This document shows, piece by piece, positions 1-13,355 of a stretch of DNA of 64,000 bases (the first letter of the stretch is position 1; each line of letters begins with the position of its first letter). The DNA is from Chiloscyllium plagiosum. Taxonomy: Eukaryota. Position numbers and translations under genes: made by a program. The notes beneath the pieces were generated by a model that was given only the letters and a program-made list of their open reading frames with translations, made no database searches and had not been told where the DNA came from. Location: positions 82,037 through 146,036 of the forward strand of contig NW_025215381.1 of assembly GCF_004010195.1 (NCBI RefSeq), read 5' to 3'.

Positions 1-2147
1 ATTGGAGGCAGATGTTCGCAGGTAAAGGGATGGCTGGAAAATTGGAAGCCTTCAGAAATGAGATAACAAGAAACCAGAGAAAGTATACTCCTGTCGGGGT
101 GAAAGGGAAGGGTGGTAGGTATGGGGAATGCTGGATGACTAAAGAAATTGAGTGTTTGGTTAAGAAAAAGAAGGAAGCATATGTCAGGTATAGACAGGAT
201 AGATCGAGTGAATCCTTAGAAGAGTATAAAGAAAGTAGGAGTATACTTAAGAGGGAAATCAGGAGGGCAAAGCGGGGACATGAGATAGCGTTGGTAAATA
301 GAATTAAGGAGAATCAAAAGGGTTTTTATAAATATATTAAGGACAAAAGGGTAACTAGAGAGAGAATAGGGCCCCTCAAAGACCAGCATGGCGGCGTTTG
401 TGTGGAGCCACAGAAAATGGGGGAGATACTAAATGAATATTTTGCATCAGTACTTACTGTGGAAAAGGATATGGAAGATATAGACTGTAGGGAAATAGAT
501 GGTGACATCTTGCAAAATGTCCAGATTACAGAGGATGTCTGGATGTCTTGAAATGGTTAAAGGTGGATTAATCCCCAGGACCTGATTAGGTGTACCCCAG
601 AACTCAGTGGGAAGCTAGAGAAGTGATTGCTGGGCCTCTTGCTGAGATATTTGTATCATCAATAGTCACAAGTCAGGTGTTGGATGACTGGAGGTTGGTA
701 AACGTGGTGCCACTGTTTAAGAAGGGCAATAAAGACAAGCCAGGGAACTACAGACCGGTGAGCCTGACCTCGGTGGTGGGCAAGTTGTTGGAGGGAATCC
801 TGAGGGACAGGATGTACATGTATTTGGAAAGGCAAGGACTGATTCGGGATAGTCACCAAGACTTTGTGCGTGGGAAATCATGTCTCACAGACGTGATTGA
901 GCTTTTTGAAGAAGTAACAAAGAAGATTGATGAGGGCAGAGCAGTAGATGTGATCCATATGGAATTCAGCAAGGCGTTCGACAAGGTTCCCCATGGGAGA
1001 CTGATTAGCAAGGTTAGATCTCATCGAATACAGGGAGAACTAGCCATTTGGATACAGAACTGGCTCAAAGGTAGAAGACAGAGAGTGGTGGTGGAGAGTT
1101 GTTTTTCAGACTGGAGGCCTGTGACCAGTGGAGTGCCACAAGGATCGGTGCTGGGTCCTCTATTTTTTGTCATTTACATAAATGATTTGGATGCAAGCGT
1201 AAGAGGTACAGTTAGTAAGTTTGCAGATGACACCAAAATTGGAGGTGTAGTGGACAGCGAAGAGGATTACCTCAGATTACAACAGGATATGGACCAGATG
1301 GGCCGATGGGCTGAGAAGTGGCAGATGGAGTTTGATTCAGATAAATGCGAGATGCTGTATTTTGGGAAAGCAAATCTTAGCAGGACTTATACACTTAATA
1401 TAAGGCCCAAGGGAGTGTTGCTGAACAAAGAGACCTTGGAGTGCAGGTTCACGGCTCCTTGAAAGTGGAGTCGCAGGGTGACAGGATAGTGAAGAAGGCG
1501 TTTGGTATGCTTTCCTTTATTGGTCTGAGTATTGAATGCAGGAGTTAGGAGGTCATGTCGCAGCTCTACAGGGCATTGGTTAGGCCACTGTTGGGATATT
1601 GCTTGCAATTCTGGTCACCTTCCTATCGGAAAGATGTTGTGAAACTTAAAAAGGGATCAGAAAAGATTTACAAGGATGTTGCCAGGGTTGGAGGATCTGA
1701 GCTACAGGAAGAGGCTGAACAGACTGCGTCTGTTTCCCCTGGAGTGTCGGAGGCTGAGGGGTGACTTTATAGAAGTTTACAAAATTATGAGAGGCATGGA
1801 TAGGATAAAGAGACAAAGTCTTTTCCCTGGTATTGGGGAGTCCAGAACTAGAGAGCATAGCTTTAGGGTGAGAGGGGAAAGATATAAAAGAGACCTAAGG
1901 GGCAACTTTTTCACACAGAGGGTGGTACATTTATAGAATGAGCTGCCAGAGGATGTGGTGGAGGCTGGGACAATTACAACATTTAAGAGGCATTTGGATG
2001 GGTATATGAATAGAAAGGGTTTGGAGGGACATGGGCCAGGTGCTGGCATTTGGGACTAGATTGGGTTGGGATATCTGGTCAGCATGGATGGGTTGGACCG
2101 AAGGGTCTCTTTCCATGCTGTACATCTCTATGACTCTGTGACTCTAA
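1..2147 (+). mobile_element. CR1-clade LINE (shark HER1-like), 3' part of ORF2 plus 3' tail; frameshifted
   Basis: ORFs 12-551, 590-1462 and 1676-1936 carry RT motifs [21 protein letters not shown] and KFADDTK, split by frameshifts. Ends in the ...ctctatgactctgtgactcta tail. Confidence 0.95.
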
Positions 2148-2149
2148 AT

Positions 2150-5100
2150 CAGTGATCTATCGGGGTGGACAGTGAGGTCAGTGATGTATCAGGATGGTCA
2201 GTGAGGTCAGTGATGTATCAGGATAGACAGTGAAATCAGTGATCTATCGGGGTGGACTGTGAGGTCAATGAGGTATCAGGATTGACAGTGAGGTCAGTGA
2301 TGTATCTAGGTGGTCAGTGACATCAGTGCTGTATTAGGGTACACAGTGAGGTCAGTGATATATCTGTGTGGACAGTGAGGTCAGTGGTGTATCTGGATAG
2401 ACAGTGGAGTCAGTGATCTATCTGAATGTACAGTGAGGTCAGTAATGTATCTGAAGGTACAGTGAGGTCAGTAATGTATCTGAAGGTACAGTGAGGTCAG
2501 TAATGTACCTGAATGGACTGTGAGGTCCGTGATGAGTCTGGGTGGACAGTGAGGTCCGTGATGTATCTGGGTGAACAGTGAGGTCAGTGAATTAGCTGGA
2601 GATACAATGAGGTTAGTGATGTACCGGTTTGGACAGTAAGATCAGTGATGTACTGAAGTGGACAGTGATGTCAGTGTTCTACCTGGAGGTGCAGTGAGGT
2701 CAGTGACATATCTGGATGAACTGTGATGTCAGTAATGTACCGGGGTGGATAGTGAGGTCAGTGCTGTATCTGGAGTACAGTCAGGTCAGTGATGTATCGG
2801 AGTGGATACTGAGGTCAGTGATCTATTGGATGGATAGTGAGGTCAGTGACATATGGGGATGAACAGTGATGTCAGGAATGTACTGGGGTGGATAGTGAGA
2901 TCAGTGCTGCATCTGGAGGTGCAGTGAGGTCAGTGATTTCGTGAGGTCAGTGATGTATCTATATGAATAGCGATGTCAGGAATGTACCAGGGTGGACAGT
3001 GATGTCAGTGGTGAATCTGGAGGTACGGTAGGTCAGCGATGTATCAGAGTGGACAGTGAGGTCAGTGATCTATCGGATAGACAGTGAGGTCAGTGATTTA
3101 TTGGGATGGACAGTGAGGTCAGTGATCTATCGGATAGACAGTGAGGTCAGTGATGTCTCCGTGTAGGCAATGTGCCTAGGTGGACATTGAGATCAGGGAT
3201 GTATCTGGGTGGACAGTTAGGTCAGTGATGTAACTGCGTGGACAGTGAGGTCAGTGATATATCTGAGTGGACAGTGATGTCAGTGCTGTATTTGGGTACA
3301 CAGTGAGGTCAGTGCTGTCTCAGATGGAGAGTGAGGTCAGTACTGTCTCAGATGGAGAGTGAGGTCAGTGATCTATCAGGATTGACAGTGAAGTCAGTGA
3401 TGTATCTAGGTGGTCAGTGACATCAGTACTGTATTTGGGTACCCAGTGAGGTCAGTGATGTATCTGTGTGGACAGTGAGGTCAGTGATGTATCAGGATGG
3501 ACAGTGAGGTCAGTGATGTATGGGGAAAGACAGTGTAATCAGTGATGTATTTGGGTGGACAGTGAGGTCAATGATGTATCGGGATGGACAGTGAGGTCAG
3601 TGATGTATCGGGATGGACAGTGAGGTCAGTAATGTATCTGGGTACACAGTGAGGTCAGTGATGTATCAGGATGGACAGTGAGGTCAGTGATGTATCAGAT
3701 GGAGAGTGATGTCTGTGATGTGTCGGAGTGGACAGTGAGGTCAGTCATGCATCTGTGTGAACAGTGAGGTCAGTGATGTATCAGAGTGGACAGTGAGGTC
3801 ACTGATCTATTGGATGGACAGTGAGGTCAGTGAGGTCAGTGATCTCTCTGGGTGGACAATGAGGTCAGTGTTGCACCTAGGTGGACAGTGACATCAGTGA
3901 TGTATTGGGATGGACAGTGAGGTCATTGATCTATCTGGGTGGACAGTGACATCAGTGATGTATTGGGATGGACAGTGAGGTCAGTGATGTATCTGAGTGA
4001 ACAGTGAGGTCATTGATCTATCTGGGTGGACAGTGAGGTCAGCGATCTATCTGGGTGGACAGTGAGGTCTGTGATCTATCTGGGTGGACAGAGAGGTCTG
4101 TGATCTATCGGATAGACAGTGAGGTCAGTGATGTCTCCATGTAGGCAATGAGATCAGTGATGTGCCTAGGTGGACATTGAGGTCAGTGATATATCTGAGT
4201 GGACAGTGAGGTCAGTGATGTATCTAGGTGGTCAGTGACATCAGTGCTGTATTTGGGTACACAGTGAGGTCAGTGATGTATCTGTGTGGACAGTGAGGTC
4301 AGTGATATATCTGAGTGGACAGTGAGGTCATTGATGTATTGGGATTGACAGTGAGGTCAGTGATGTATCTGGGTGGTCAGTGAGGTCAGTGCTGTATTTG
4401 GGTACACAGTGAGGTCAGTGCTGTCTCAGATGGAGAGTGAGGTCAGTGATCTATCAGGATGGACAGTGAGGTCAATGATGTATCAGGATGGACAGTGAGG
4501 TCAGTGATGTATTGGGAAAGACAGTGTAATCAGTGATGTATCTGGGTGGACAGTGAGGTCAATGATATATTGGGAAAGACAGTGTAATCAGTGATGTATC
4601 TGGGTGGACAGTGAGGTCAATGATATATCGGGATGGACAGTGAGGTCAGTAATGTATCAGATGGAGAGTGATGTCTGTGATGTGTCGGAGTGGACAGTGA
4701 GGTCAGTCATGCATCTGTGTGAACAGTGAGGTCAGTGATGTATCAGAGTGGACAGTGAGGTCACTGATCTATCGGATGGACAGTGAGGTCAGTAATTTAT
4801 TGGGATGGACAGTGAGGTCAGTGATGTACCGAGGTAGACAGTGAGGTCAGTGATCTCTCTGGGTGGACAGTGACATCAGTGATGTATTGGGATGGACAGT
4901 GAGGTCAGTGATGTATCTGAGTGAACAGTGAGGTCAGTGATCTATCTGGGTGGACAGTGAAGTCAGTGTTTATCGGGTAGGACAGTGAAGTCCACAATGT
5001 ATCTGGGTGGACAGTGAGATCAGTGATGTATGTGGGTGGACAGTGAGTTCTGTGATGCATTGGAATGGACAGCGAGGTCAGCAATGTATTTGGTGGGTTG

Positions 5101-5530
5101 CGAGGTCATTGATCTATCGGGATTGACAGTGAGGTCTGTGATGTACAGGGTGGGACAGGTCAGTGATATATCTGGGTGGACTGTGAGAGCAGTGATACAT
5201 CGGGATGGACAGTGAGGTCAGTGATGTATTGGGAGAGACAGTGAGGTCAGTAATGTATCTGGGTGGACAATGAAATCAGTATTGTATCTGGGTGGACAGA
5301 GTTCAGTGATGCATTGGGATGGACAGTGAAGTCAGTAATATATCTTGGTGGAAAGTGAGGTAAGTGATGTGTCTGGATGGACAGTGGGGTCAGTGATATA
5401 TCTGGGTTGACAATGAGGTCAGTGATACATCGGGATGGACACTAAAGTCAGTGATGTATTGGGATGGACAGTAAGATCAGTAATATATCTGGGTGGACAG
5501 TGAAGTCTGTGATCTCTCTGGGTGGACAGT
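2150..5530. repeat. Satellite/minisatellite array, 29-bp unit (GACAGTGAGGTCAGTGATGTATCTGGGTG-like), about 115 diverged copies
   Basis: Continuous recurrence of cagtgaggtcagtgat at about 29-nt period over 3.4 kb. Confidence 0.97.
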
Positions 5531-5832
5531 GTTGGTTTGAATGTCTACACTCGGAAATTTCTGCATTATGTACAGATGCTGTTTTTATGGTCAATCTGAT
5601 GGGAAGGTTTGGTTGTGATTTTTTTTGTTGGGATGTTTGTAAGGGTCTGTTTGTAGGAGGAGTCTGTTATTTGGATGAGCTATATTGGTTTCAGAATGTA
5701 CATTATGCAATGTGTTTTTATACAATTTCAGTGATTCCCTGAATTTGACTTTGATTAAATGCAGAAAGTGAATCTGGTTACGGTTTTGAAGTAATGCTGA
5801 ATTGGTTTACTGTTACATTACACAATTGCAAG

Positions 5833-6857
5833 TGATACATCGCGGGGGTCGAACCCATCTGTTAATTAAACTGAACACCTAGAAAAGATCGCCTAACCTC
5901 ATAATCTGTTAAAATATGAATAACTGAGAACTTCTAAATTTTACAATTTAAAGAAAAATAACAACATGTTCTCTCAACTCTCATAGTGAACACTAAGCAA
6001 AAGTATTCACAAATCTAAGTAACCCTTTTCTTAAATTCCATCTGACTGTAAAAATATGCTTTCTTATGACAACAGTTTTAAAAATTCCAATACCTTAATC
6101 TCCAGACCACACAACCTCTGGCTTTAATCTTCCGGCTGATTATCTCCCTGGGTCATCTTCTTTCACTTTCTTTTGCTGCGAGTAGGTTTTATAAGAAAAG
6201 GTAGCATTGATAGAGTGTTTTCTAATTTTTCTGAGAGCGCGGTGGCTCAGTGGTTAGCACTGCTGACTCACAGCACCAAGGACATGCGGTTCAATTCAAA
6301 CCTCTGGCAACTATCTGTGTGGAGTGTGCACATTCTCCCCATGTCTGTGTGGGTTTCCTCTGGGTACTCCCGTTTTATCTCACTGTCCAAAGATGTGCAG
6401 GATAGCTGAATTGGCCATGGTAAATTACCCATAATGTTCAGAGATGTGGAGGTTAGGCGCATTAGTCAGGGGAAATCTAGGGCTGGGTGAGTAACTCTTC
6501 GGAGGGCTGGCACAGACTTGTTGGGCCAAATGGCCTGTTTCCACACTGTAGGAATTCTGTAATTCTATGAAGATGTTAGATGGGCAGTTAGCTCTCCAGG
6601 TGTACAGCAGTTGCTATCCCTCTAATTTTCAGAATACATGGTTTATGACACCATGACACACAGAATTCTTATAATTTGAAAGGTTGCCAGGTGCCAAAAC
6701 AATAAAATTCAAATTGCACTGGTTTCTGGTATCCTTGGCATAAGTTGAATTAGTTGGTTAAACAAAGACCAAACCTCAGGGATCCATTTAACAGCCAATT
6801 GCAACAGCCAAGTTCAAAAAAGCCCTTGGTACCTTAAAGTGATCATATTTTGTGACA
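5833..6857. mobile_element. Candidate solo LTR (TG...CA, 4-bp TSD CAAG), interrupted by a SINE
   Basis: caag|TGATAC at 5829-5838 and GTGACA|caag at 6852-6861; non-coding interior. Confidence 0.55.
6238..6570 (+). mobile_element. HE1-like tRNA-derived V-SINE
   Basis: Box A ggtggctcagtggttagca, box B ggttcaattc, V-domain gtgtggag..tgcacattctcccc, CR1-like tail gggccaaatggcctgtttccacactgta. Confidence 0.9.
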
Positions 6858-6875
6858 CAAGCTGTACAGACAATG

Positions 6876-7170
6876 GCATGGTGATTTTATCACGGAGGCT
6901 ACTCTTGTGAACTCAAGGTTAATGTTCTGTGGGCATGGGTTCAATTCCATCATGGCAGGAACTGAACATCAAATTCCATCACAATTTAGAATTCAAATGC
7001 TCATCCATGTTGCCATTGTTGGAACCCCCCACTTGTTCACAGAGTCCTCTTCCCTCAGGAAGGCAGTATGTTCTCCTCCCTTGGTCCTTCATGTGACTCC
7101 AGACCCTGGGCAATAGGGAATGGGGAATAAATGCTGACCTCGGCAGCAATGTTCATATGAGAATCAGTGA
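6876..7170 (+). mobile_element. Degenerate Deu-domain SINE (SacSINE1/AmnSINE1-like)
   Basis: ggaaggcagtatg...ggtccttcatgtgactccagaccc and tail aataaatgctgacc; matches the copies at 51.5 and 62.0 kb. Confidence 0.6.
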
Positions 7171-7565
7171 GTGAAATGTTTTTGTTTAAAGAGAGCAGCT
7201 TTTACCCTAGAGTGTAGAAGGACATCTCTGAGACATATTTTCACACTGGAAGAACTCATTTCAATGAAGCATCAACGAAGTGGAGAGGGCATTGCTGGCA
7301 GATTTCTGATTCTGTTTTTGTTATTTCATTACGATGTATGAGCAGCAACACTCCTTCATAATTGGGATTATGCTTGTTATTGCAATTAGTTAGTTCATTG
7401 ACAGAAATTTGAAAAAAACAGCAACAAAGCTGAGTAATGCTGTCACCTCGATCTCCCCGAGGAGTTTCCACACAGTATAAGGCAGTGTCTCTGGGAATAC
7501 ATCACCTCAGAGCTTCAAACAAGGAGCTTGTCAGCTGCCTGAAGGGACAGATCTCGCATGGAAAA

Positions 7566-7632
7566 ATGCATCGACCAATTCAACACGTGGAGAGAGTGTT
7601 CTACACCATTCTTGCTTTTATTGGCATCCCTG
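7566..7632 (+). CDS. GPR139-like class A GPCR, coding exon 1 (MHRPIQHVERVFYTILAFIGIP)
   Basis: ATG at 7566 and strong donor G|GTAAGT at 7633. The phase-1 join to 8899 restores TM1 ...FIGIP-V-NLIAIAIL. Confidence 0.85.
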
Positions 7633-8898
7633 GTAAGTCTTTATGACAGCTGACCTTGTCTTAACCTGCTGTTGATCTGCTCTCTGGTTTTATCTTTTGA
7701 ACAATAATGTCCCCAGCTCACTGACTGGTCAGTCTTAACCAGACACCAGAACAGTGACAGCAATTCACTGAGCAGCATTCGCGGTACAATTCTCCACTTC
7801 AATGTGCAGCATTCTCTGATCTTAGTGTCCTTTTATCTGTTCTGGTACGGTGTGAGGAGAGATCAGGCAAGTTAGTTCTGAAGAAGGTCACTAGACCCAA
7901 GACATTAACTCTGCTTTCTCTCCCACAGATGCTGCCATTCCTGCTGAGCTTTTCTGTTTTTGTTACACAAATGAGGACTGTTTTTGCGAGAAGTTTAAAG
8001 GTTGCGGGGTAATCTGAGATACGTCCTACAAAATATTAACAGGAAAAGAAAGGAAAAGGTGAATTATTTTCATTGGTTGGAGATTGTAGAACAAGGAGCA
8101 TAATCTGAGAGTGTGGGCCAGGATGTGCAGGAGAGATGTTTATCATTGTTTCTCCACTCAAACTGTGGGAGGGGATCAGAGTTCTCTTCCACAAAATGAA
8201 GTTGTTAAGTTCACATTTTGACAGATTGCCTTCCTGATCCATGTATACAGAAACAAATCAATGTGTTGATTTACAGTGTAAGTATCACAGCATCCTAACA
8301 TTCACACATTGTCACCAATGGAGACCTGCATTCTCTGTTATTCTGTGTGGAATAGTCTTGTTTGAAATCTTACTCAGGTTCTGATGACCTGTTCCCTGGC
8401 CCTATTGTGGCTCCGATCAGCATTTGGTCCAATGCGGAGAGCAGGGGATGACCTGATCCAGGGAGAAAGGTAAAGTTTGAATTATTGACAGTCCAAATCG
8501 ACAGCCCAATTGTCAGTTCTATGACTGAGGAGGAAGCAAAGTTTCTAATGTGGTTCGGCACTTGCCAGATTTGGCGATGATAATTGTAAGAATGTATTGC
8601 ACTCATTCAAATAATGACCTTGCAACCAAACAAACAATCTCAGAATTCCTTCTGTTCTCCTAGGAGGGACTTTGAGCTCAGTCTCTGTCAAAACCCATAA
8701 TCATTGGAGTGATTGGGCTAGAGGACAATCTGGGGTGGGTGTAAAAGTCTTAAAATTCAATTGCACTCAACACCAAACCACTTCCGCTCACACAGTGTGG
8801 TGGTTTTGCTGGTACAATCTTATTGTTGCTCTCTGGAATAGGTTGAGGGAATTTCTGATCAGTAATTCACTGCATCTTTTCCCATTTGTCTTCCACAG

Positions 8899-9800
8899 TT
8901 AATTTGATTGCAATTGCAATCCTTTCGCGAGGAAACTGCGGTGTTTCCCCTTGCACTACTCGCTACCTGGTGTTTATGGCAGCTGCCGATCTGATGGTCA
9001 TTTTTACTGATGTTATATTGTGGAGATTTCGCTTTTCTTATTACCCGCAGTGTTTCCTGGACATCACTCCTGTGTGTAGTTTTAATGCAGTCCTGATACA
9101 TGCAGCCACAGACTGCTCTGTCTGGTTCACTGTGACTTTCTCCTTTGACCGATTTGTGACTATTTGTTGTCAGAAGCTGAAAACAAAATATTGCACTGAA
9201 AAAACTGCGACTGTTGTTCTAGCAACAACCTGCACTTTGTTCTGTTTGAAAAACATCCCCTTCTATTTTCAATATAAGCCTCGGAGGATAATCAACAATG
9301 TTCCATTCTACTGTGTAACAAAATTAAGCTACCATACTGAGACTTGGTGGGTGATATTGGATTGGTTTGATACGGTTTTGACCCCTTTACTGCCATTCGT
9401 TTTAATTCTGTTGCTCAATGCTCTGACAGTCAGACACATTTTAGTGACCAGTCGAGTCCGGAAGAGACTGAAGGGTGAGAGCAAAGGAGAGAATCACAAA
9501 GACCCAGAGATGGAGAGCAGAAGGAAGGCTGTAGTTTTGCTATTCACCATTTCTGGGAGCTTCATTCTCCTGTGGTTAATCGCTGTTGTAGATTTCTTAT
9601 ATTATGCCATTCAAGGAATCAATACTGTCGATTACCCGCCTTTTCTGTATCACTTCAGGAAAGTTGGTTACATGCTGCAGAACTTAAGTTGTTGCACAAA
9701 CACATTTATTTACGTAGCAACATTGTCTGGGTTCAGAGCGAAGATTAGTAATGCAGTAAAATACCTAGTTATACGATTTCCTTGTGTTATGAATAAATGA
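8899..9800 (+). CDS. GPR139-like class A (rhodopsin family) GPCR, main coding exon; spliced protein 322 aa
   Basis: Pyrimidine tract plus ttccacAG acceptor at 8897-8898. Uninterrupted frame with TM2 AAADL, TM3 FSFDRFVTIC, TM5 LLPF, TM6 SFILLW and TM7 SCCTNTFIY. Confidence 0.93.
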
Positions 9801-9857
9801 AACTCCTCAGCAAAGTCGACAGGAAGGTCCTGTTATTTCCAGACCATGAAATGATTT

Positions 9858-10375
9858 TCTTCATTCACTCGTGAAATATGGGTGCCACTGGCTGGGTCAG
9901 CATTTATTATCAGTTCCCGAGTTGCCCCTTGAGAATATGGTGGTGAGCTGCCTTCTTGGTGTAGTCCACGTGCTGTCAGTTGACAAGCAATGACCTCAGG
10001 GAGGATATTCCAGGAATCTGAACCAGTGACAGTGAACTAACAGCGACATATTTCAAAGTCAGGACAGTGAGTGGCTTGGAGGGGAAGTTGCAAGTTGTGG
10101 TGGGCCCATGTATCTGCTGGCCCCATGTATCTGCTGGCCTTGTCCTTTTAGATGGAAGTGGTTGTGGGTCTGAGGATCTTTGCTGAGTGCCAGCAGTGCG
10201 TCTTGTAGATGGTACACACTGCTGCTGCTCCTAAGAGTCGGTGGTGGTAGAAGTGCATGTCTGTCGACGTGTGGCCAATCAAGCGACTGCTATGTGCTGG
10301 ATGGTGTCGAGCCTCTTGACTGTTGTTGGAGCTGCCCCCTCATGCAAGCAACTGGAGTGTATTCAATCACACCCC
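9858..10375 (-). mobile_element. Old L2-type LINE 3' fragment
   Basis: Reverse complement of the element at 43540-44170, including the aataaatgctg...cccatat tail. A + strand fragment of the same family lies at about 10660-10795. Confidence 0.65.
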
Positions 10376-12984
10376 TGGCAGAGAGTCTTTATCCCTGTGC
10401 AGAGATAGAGTTGAGTTGGGAAACTTTGGATTTCCCATCATAGCACAATTCAAAGAAACTGGGGAATTCCTAATTGCTTGCAAGTTTCAGTAAGATCCAT
10501 CAAAATGAAATCCTTTGCAGGATTCTGAGGAAATTAAATAGAGCAGTTATTCAGAAAGTGTTTGACTACTAAGTACATGGTCTTACTGCTCGGTAATAAT
10601 TCAACAGTTCCCATACTAATTTGACAAACAGCCAACTCCTTATGCATCATTTCCACCTAAAAAGGAAAAGGGCAGCAGATGCATGGGAGCACCAGCCCGG
10701 CACGTTACCCTCCAAGCCACTCACCATCCTCACTTGGAAATATGTTACTGATTGTTCACTGTCGATGGGTCAAAATCCTGGAATTCCCTCCCTGGATCAA
10801 CAAGTTTCAGTCAGAGGGAGAGATGGAGAGCAGTAGATCACAGCAAAAACCAAACTGACAGCATCATCTGGGCACACAGAAACATGCACACACACAGAAA
10901 CATGGAGACCGAGACAGACACAGAAGCGCACACACACACAGACACACACAAGGCTGCTGTGATGCGGGTTGCAATTGAACTGAGATCCCTCAGTGTGGAG
11001 CACGTTCAGTGGGTAAATGCCATGCTTCCTCTGGCAAATGGAAGTAACGTGTCTTTGAGTAGTATTCCTGACATTATACACATTAAATAGAGTGTTTCCA
11101 TTGCAGTTGTATCCAGACATCTCTGATTGAACCATTTCAGGAGGAGACAGGGTGAATTTAATTGTACTTTCTGTAGTTTACAACGTTTTCTGATGTGCCC
11201 TCAATTTCTAAGTGAGAAAATATCAAATGTGGAGAGAATGAGACCAGCACTGGGCATGTTCATCTCCTCCTCATTTCTTAGGGACAATATCATAAGGGAT
11301 TGGGCAAAACGACTTTGTCTCTCCAAAGGCATTGTTTGAAGAATGAAACATATGTGCAATGTGAGAGATTTACGGACTGCTGTTTGTTTAGTGGTGTGGG
11401 AGTCCAACAGTATCACCCCTTCTGTCTCTCCATGTTTTAACTCCAATTTGTCTCTGTCTCACTCTTTCTCCCCGTCTCTCACTCTCTACTCCCCCTCTTT
11501 TGAACAGGCCTTTTCTATCCCAAAAGAGATCCCAATGATTCTACAAATTGAATCCCCACCTCTTCAGCTATTGAGTTATTTGCTCTATTCTTCCCTCATT
11601 TGAAATTGAGACAAGTAGTAAACCAGAGATTACTACTTGTGATGTTCTGTTTCTTTAACCTTCTATCCAAGCTCTTATACTCACTTGACAAAGCCCTAAC
11701 CCTTTCCCTGACAATGTAATTCCCCCAATGTATACAAGTTCTGGCTTCTCACTCTCCCCTTTGACAATATACTTCAAATGTTTTGAGATGTCCTTCACTT
11801 TTGCACAGGAAAAGCAACATGCCATCCTAGGTTCACCCTACTGCTGCTAAACCTCTTCTCTGCCCCTGACAGGACAGTCCCCTGTAACAATCGTTCTTTT
11901 AAATCTCCACAAACGCATTTAACATGATTCAATCTTCATGCCCAAGATCTAATGAGTACTTCCGTTTTCCTAAGGGACTTACTCTTTCAATATACAAAAT
12001 GGAATATATCTGTTTGAGAGAAGAATAGCCGCAGGAGATTTCTGAATGACCCTCTTCCCGTTCCTGACAGTTAATCATCTATCTGACTGATCCTGCAGGG
12101 TAATTACTTCTCTAAATCTACTCGTCACCACACTCAGTGTCTCCTTCATGTCCTCAGTAACATTAATACTAAAAACAAGAAGCTCTCAATAGCACCTCAT
12201 ATAAAACTAAACGTAACCACAGATTTGAAATGAAACATGCAAAAATGTAGAGGAAATATTAAACAAAATATGAAAACAAAATCAAACACTGAACTGAACA
12301 AATGAAAAAAACTGACACCTCCTCAAATAATCCAATCAGTTTTCAATCTCTAGATTAAAATACACTTTTCAGAGCTATACATGTGCAGGCCTCTCTGGAA
12401 GCTCTGTATATAAACGATCTCCCCCTTCTTTGTTTTTTTGTACATCATTTTGTTTTGGTCAAAATCTACCTACCACTTATGACACACTTCCAGGCCTATA
12501 GTTCCCTGGCTTTGCCTTTCTACCATTATTCAATAATGGCACCACCAAGCACCGTTCAGTATTTCAGCACCTCACCCTGTGGCTTTCAATGATACAACTG
12601 TCTCAGCCAAAGGACCTTTCTCACAGACTGACATTATTGAAGATCCGAGAATTGTTTAATGCTGGGCTGTGTGATGTGAAGTCCCCAAACAGCACAACCT
12701 CCCATTCGCTCCTTACTGGCATCTTGGAGAGCACAGACAATGCTATATTGCAGAGTCTGAATGACTCACTAACCCTGAAGAATCCTTTCAGAAGAACAAA
12801 ACTCCCAGAAGAAATGACCCAGTACATTGCATTTGTCTCGATGGGACTTGACCAGCCATGACACACTTGTCGTCTGAGAGACCAGAACCTTGCCTGCCAG
12901 CATGTCTGAATCCATGAGGATTCATCATCATCATCCCTATCCACACATGGAAGGGTAAGGTCAGAAGACCAACCCCACTGTGTT

Positions 12985-13355
12985 CTGTCACTGACCCATG
13001 GCGGGAGAGACCCCACTGATGCCTCCGTCACTGACCCACGGTGGGGGAGACCCCACTGACACCTCCGTCAGTGTGGTCTCCCCTGGGTCAGTGAGAGACA
13101 CAGTGGGGTCAGTGTGGTCTCCCCTGGATCAGTGTCGCCCAATGACCCAGGGGAGACCACACTGACCCCACTGTGTGTTTCTCACTGACCCAGGGGAGAC
13201 AACACTGACAGAGACAGTGGGGTCAGTGTGGTCTCCCCTGGGTCAGTGAGAGAGACACAGTGGGGTCACTGACCCGGGGAGACCACACTGATCCCACTGT
13301 GTCTGTCACTGACCCTGGGAGACGATACTGACCTCACTGTCTCTTACTGACCCAG
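12985..13355. repeat. Array of a ~37-bp unit (cactgacccaggggagaccacactgaccccactgtgt) in alternating orientations
   Basis: Reverse copies at about 13069, 13098 and 13214; forward copies at about 13143, 13183 and 13267. Confidence 0.9.

Noticed and set aside
590..1462. Active reverse transcriptase gene
   Set aside because: It is a fragment of a frameshifted CR1 ORF2; all RT ORFs in the window are broken.
2150..5530. CRISPR-like regular array
   Set aside because: The units are contiguous diverged copies with no unique spacers, there are no cas genes, and the context is vertebrate.
8886..8898. TTG start of the 304-aa ORF as the GPCR start
   Set aside because: It lies in the intron acceptor; the ATG exon at 7566-7632 supplies the missing half of TM1.
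13098..13265. V(D)J recombination signal heptamers (CACAGTG)
   Set aside because: No ACAAAAACC-like nonamer at 12 or 23 bp, and no Ig/TCR segments nearby.
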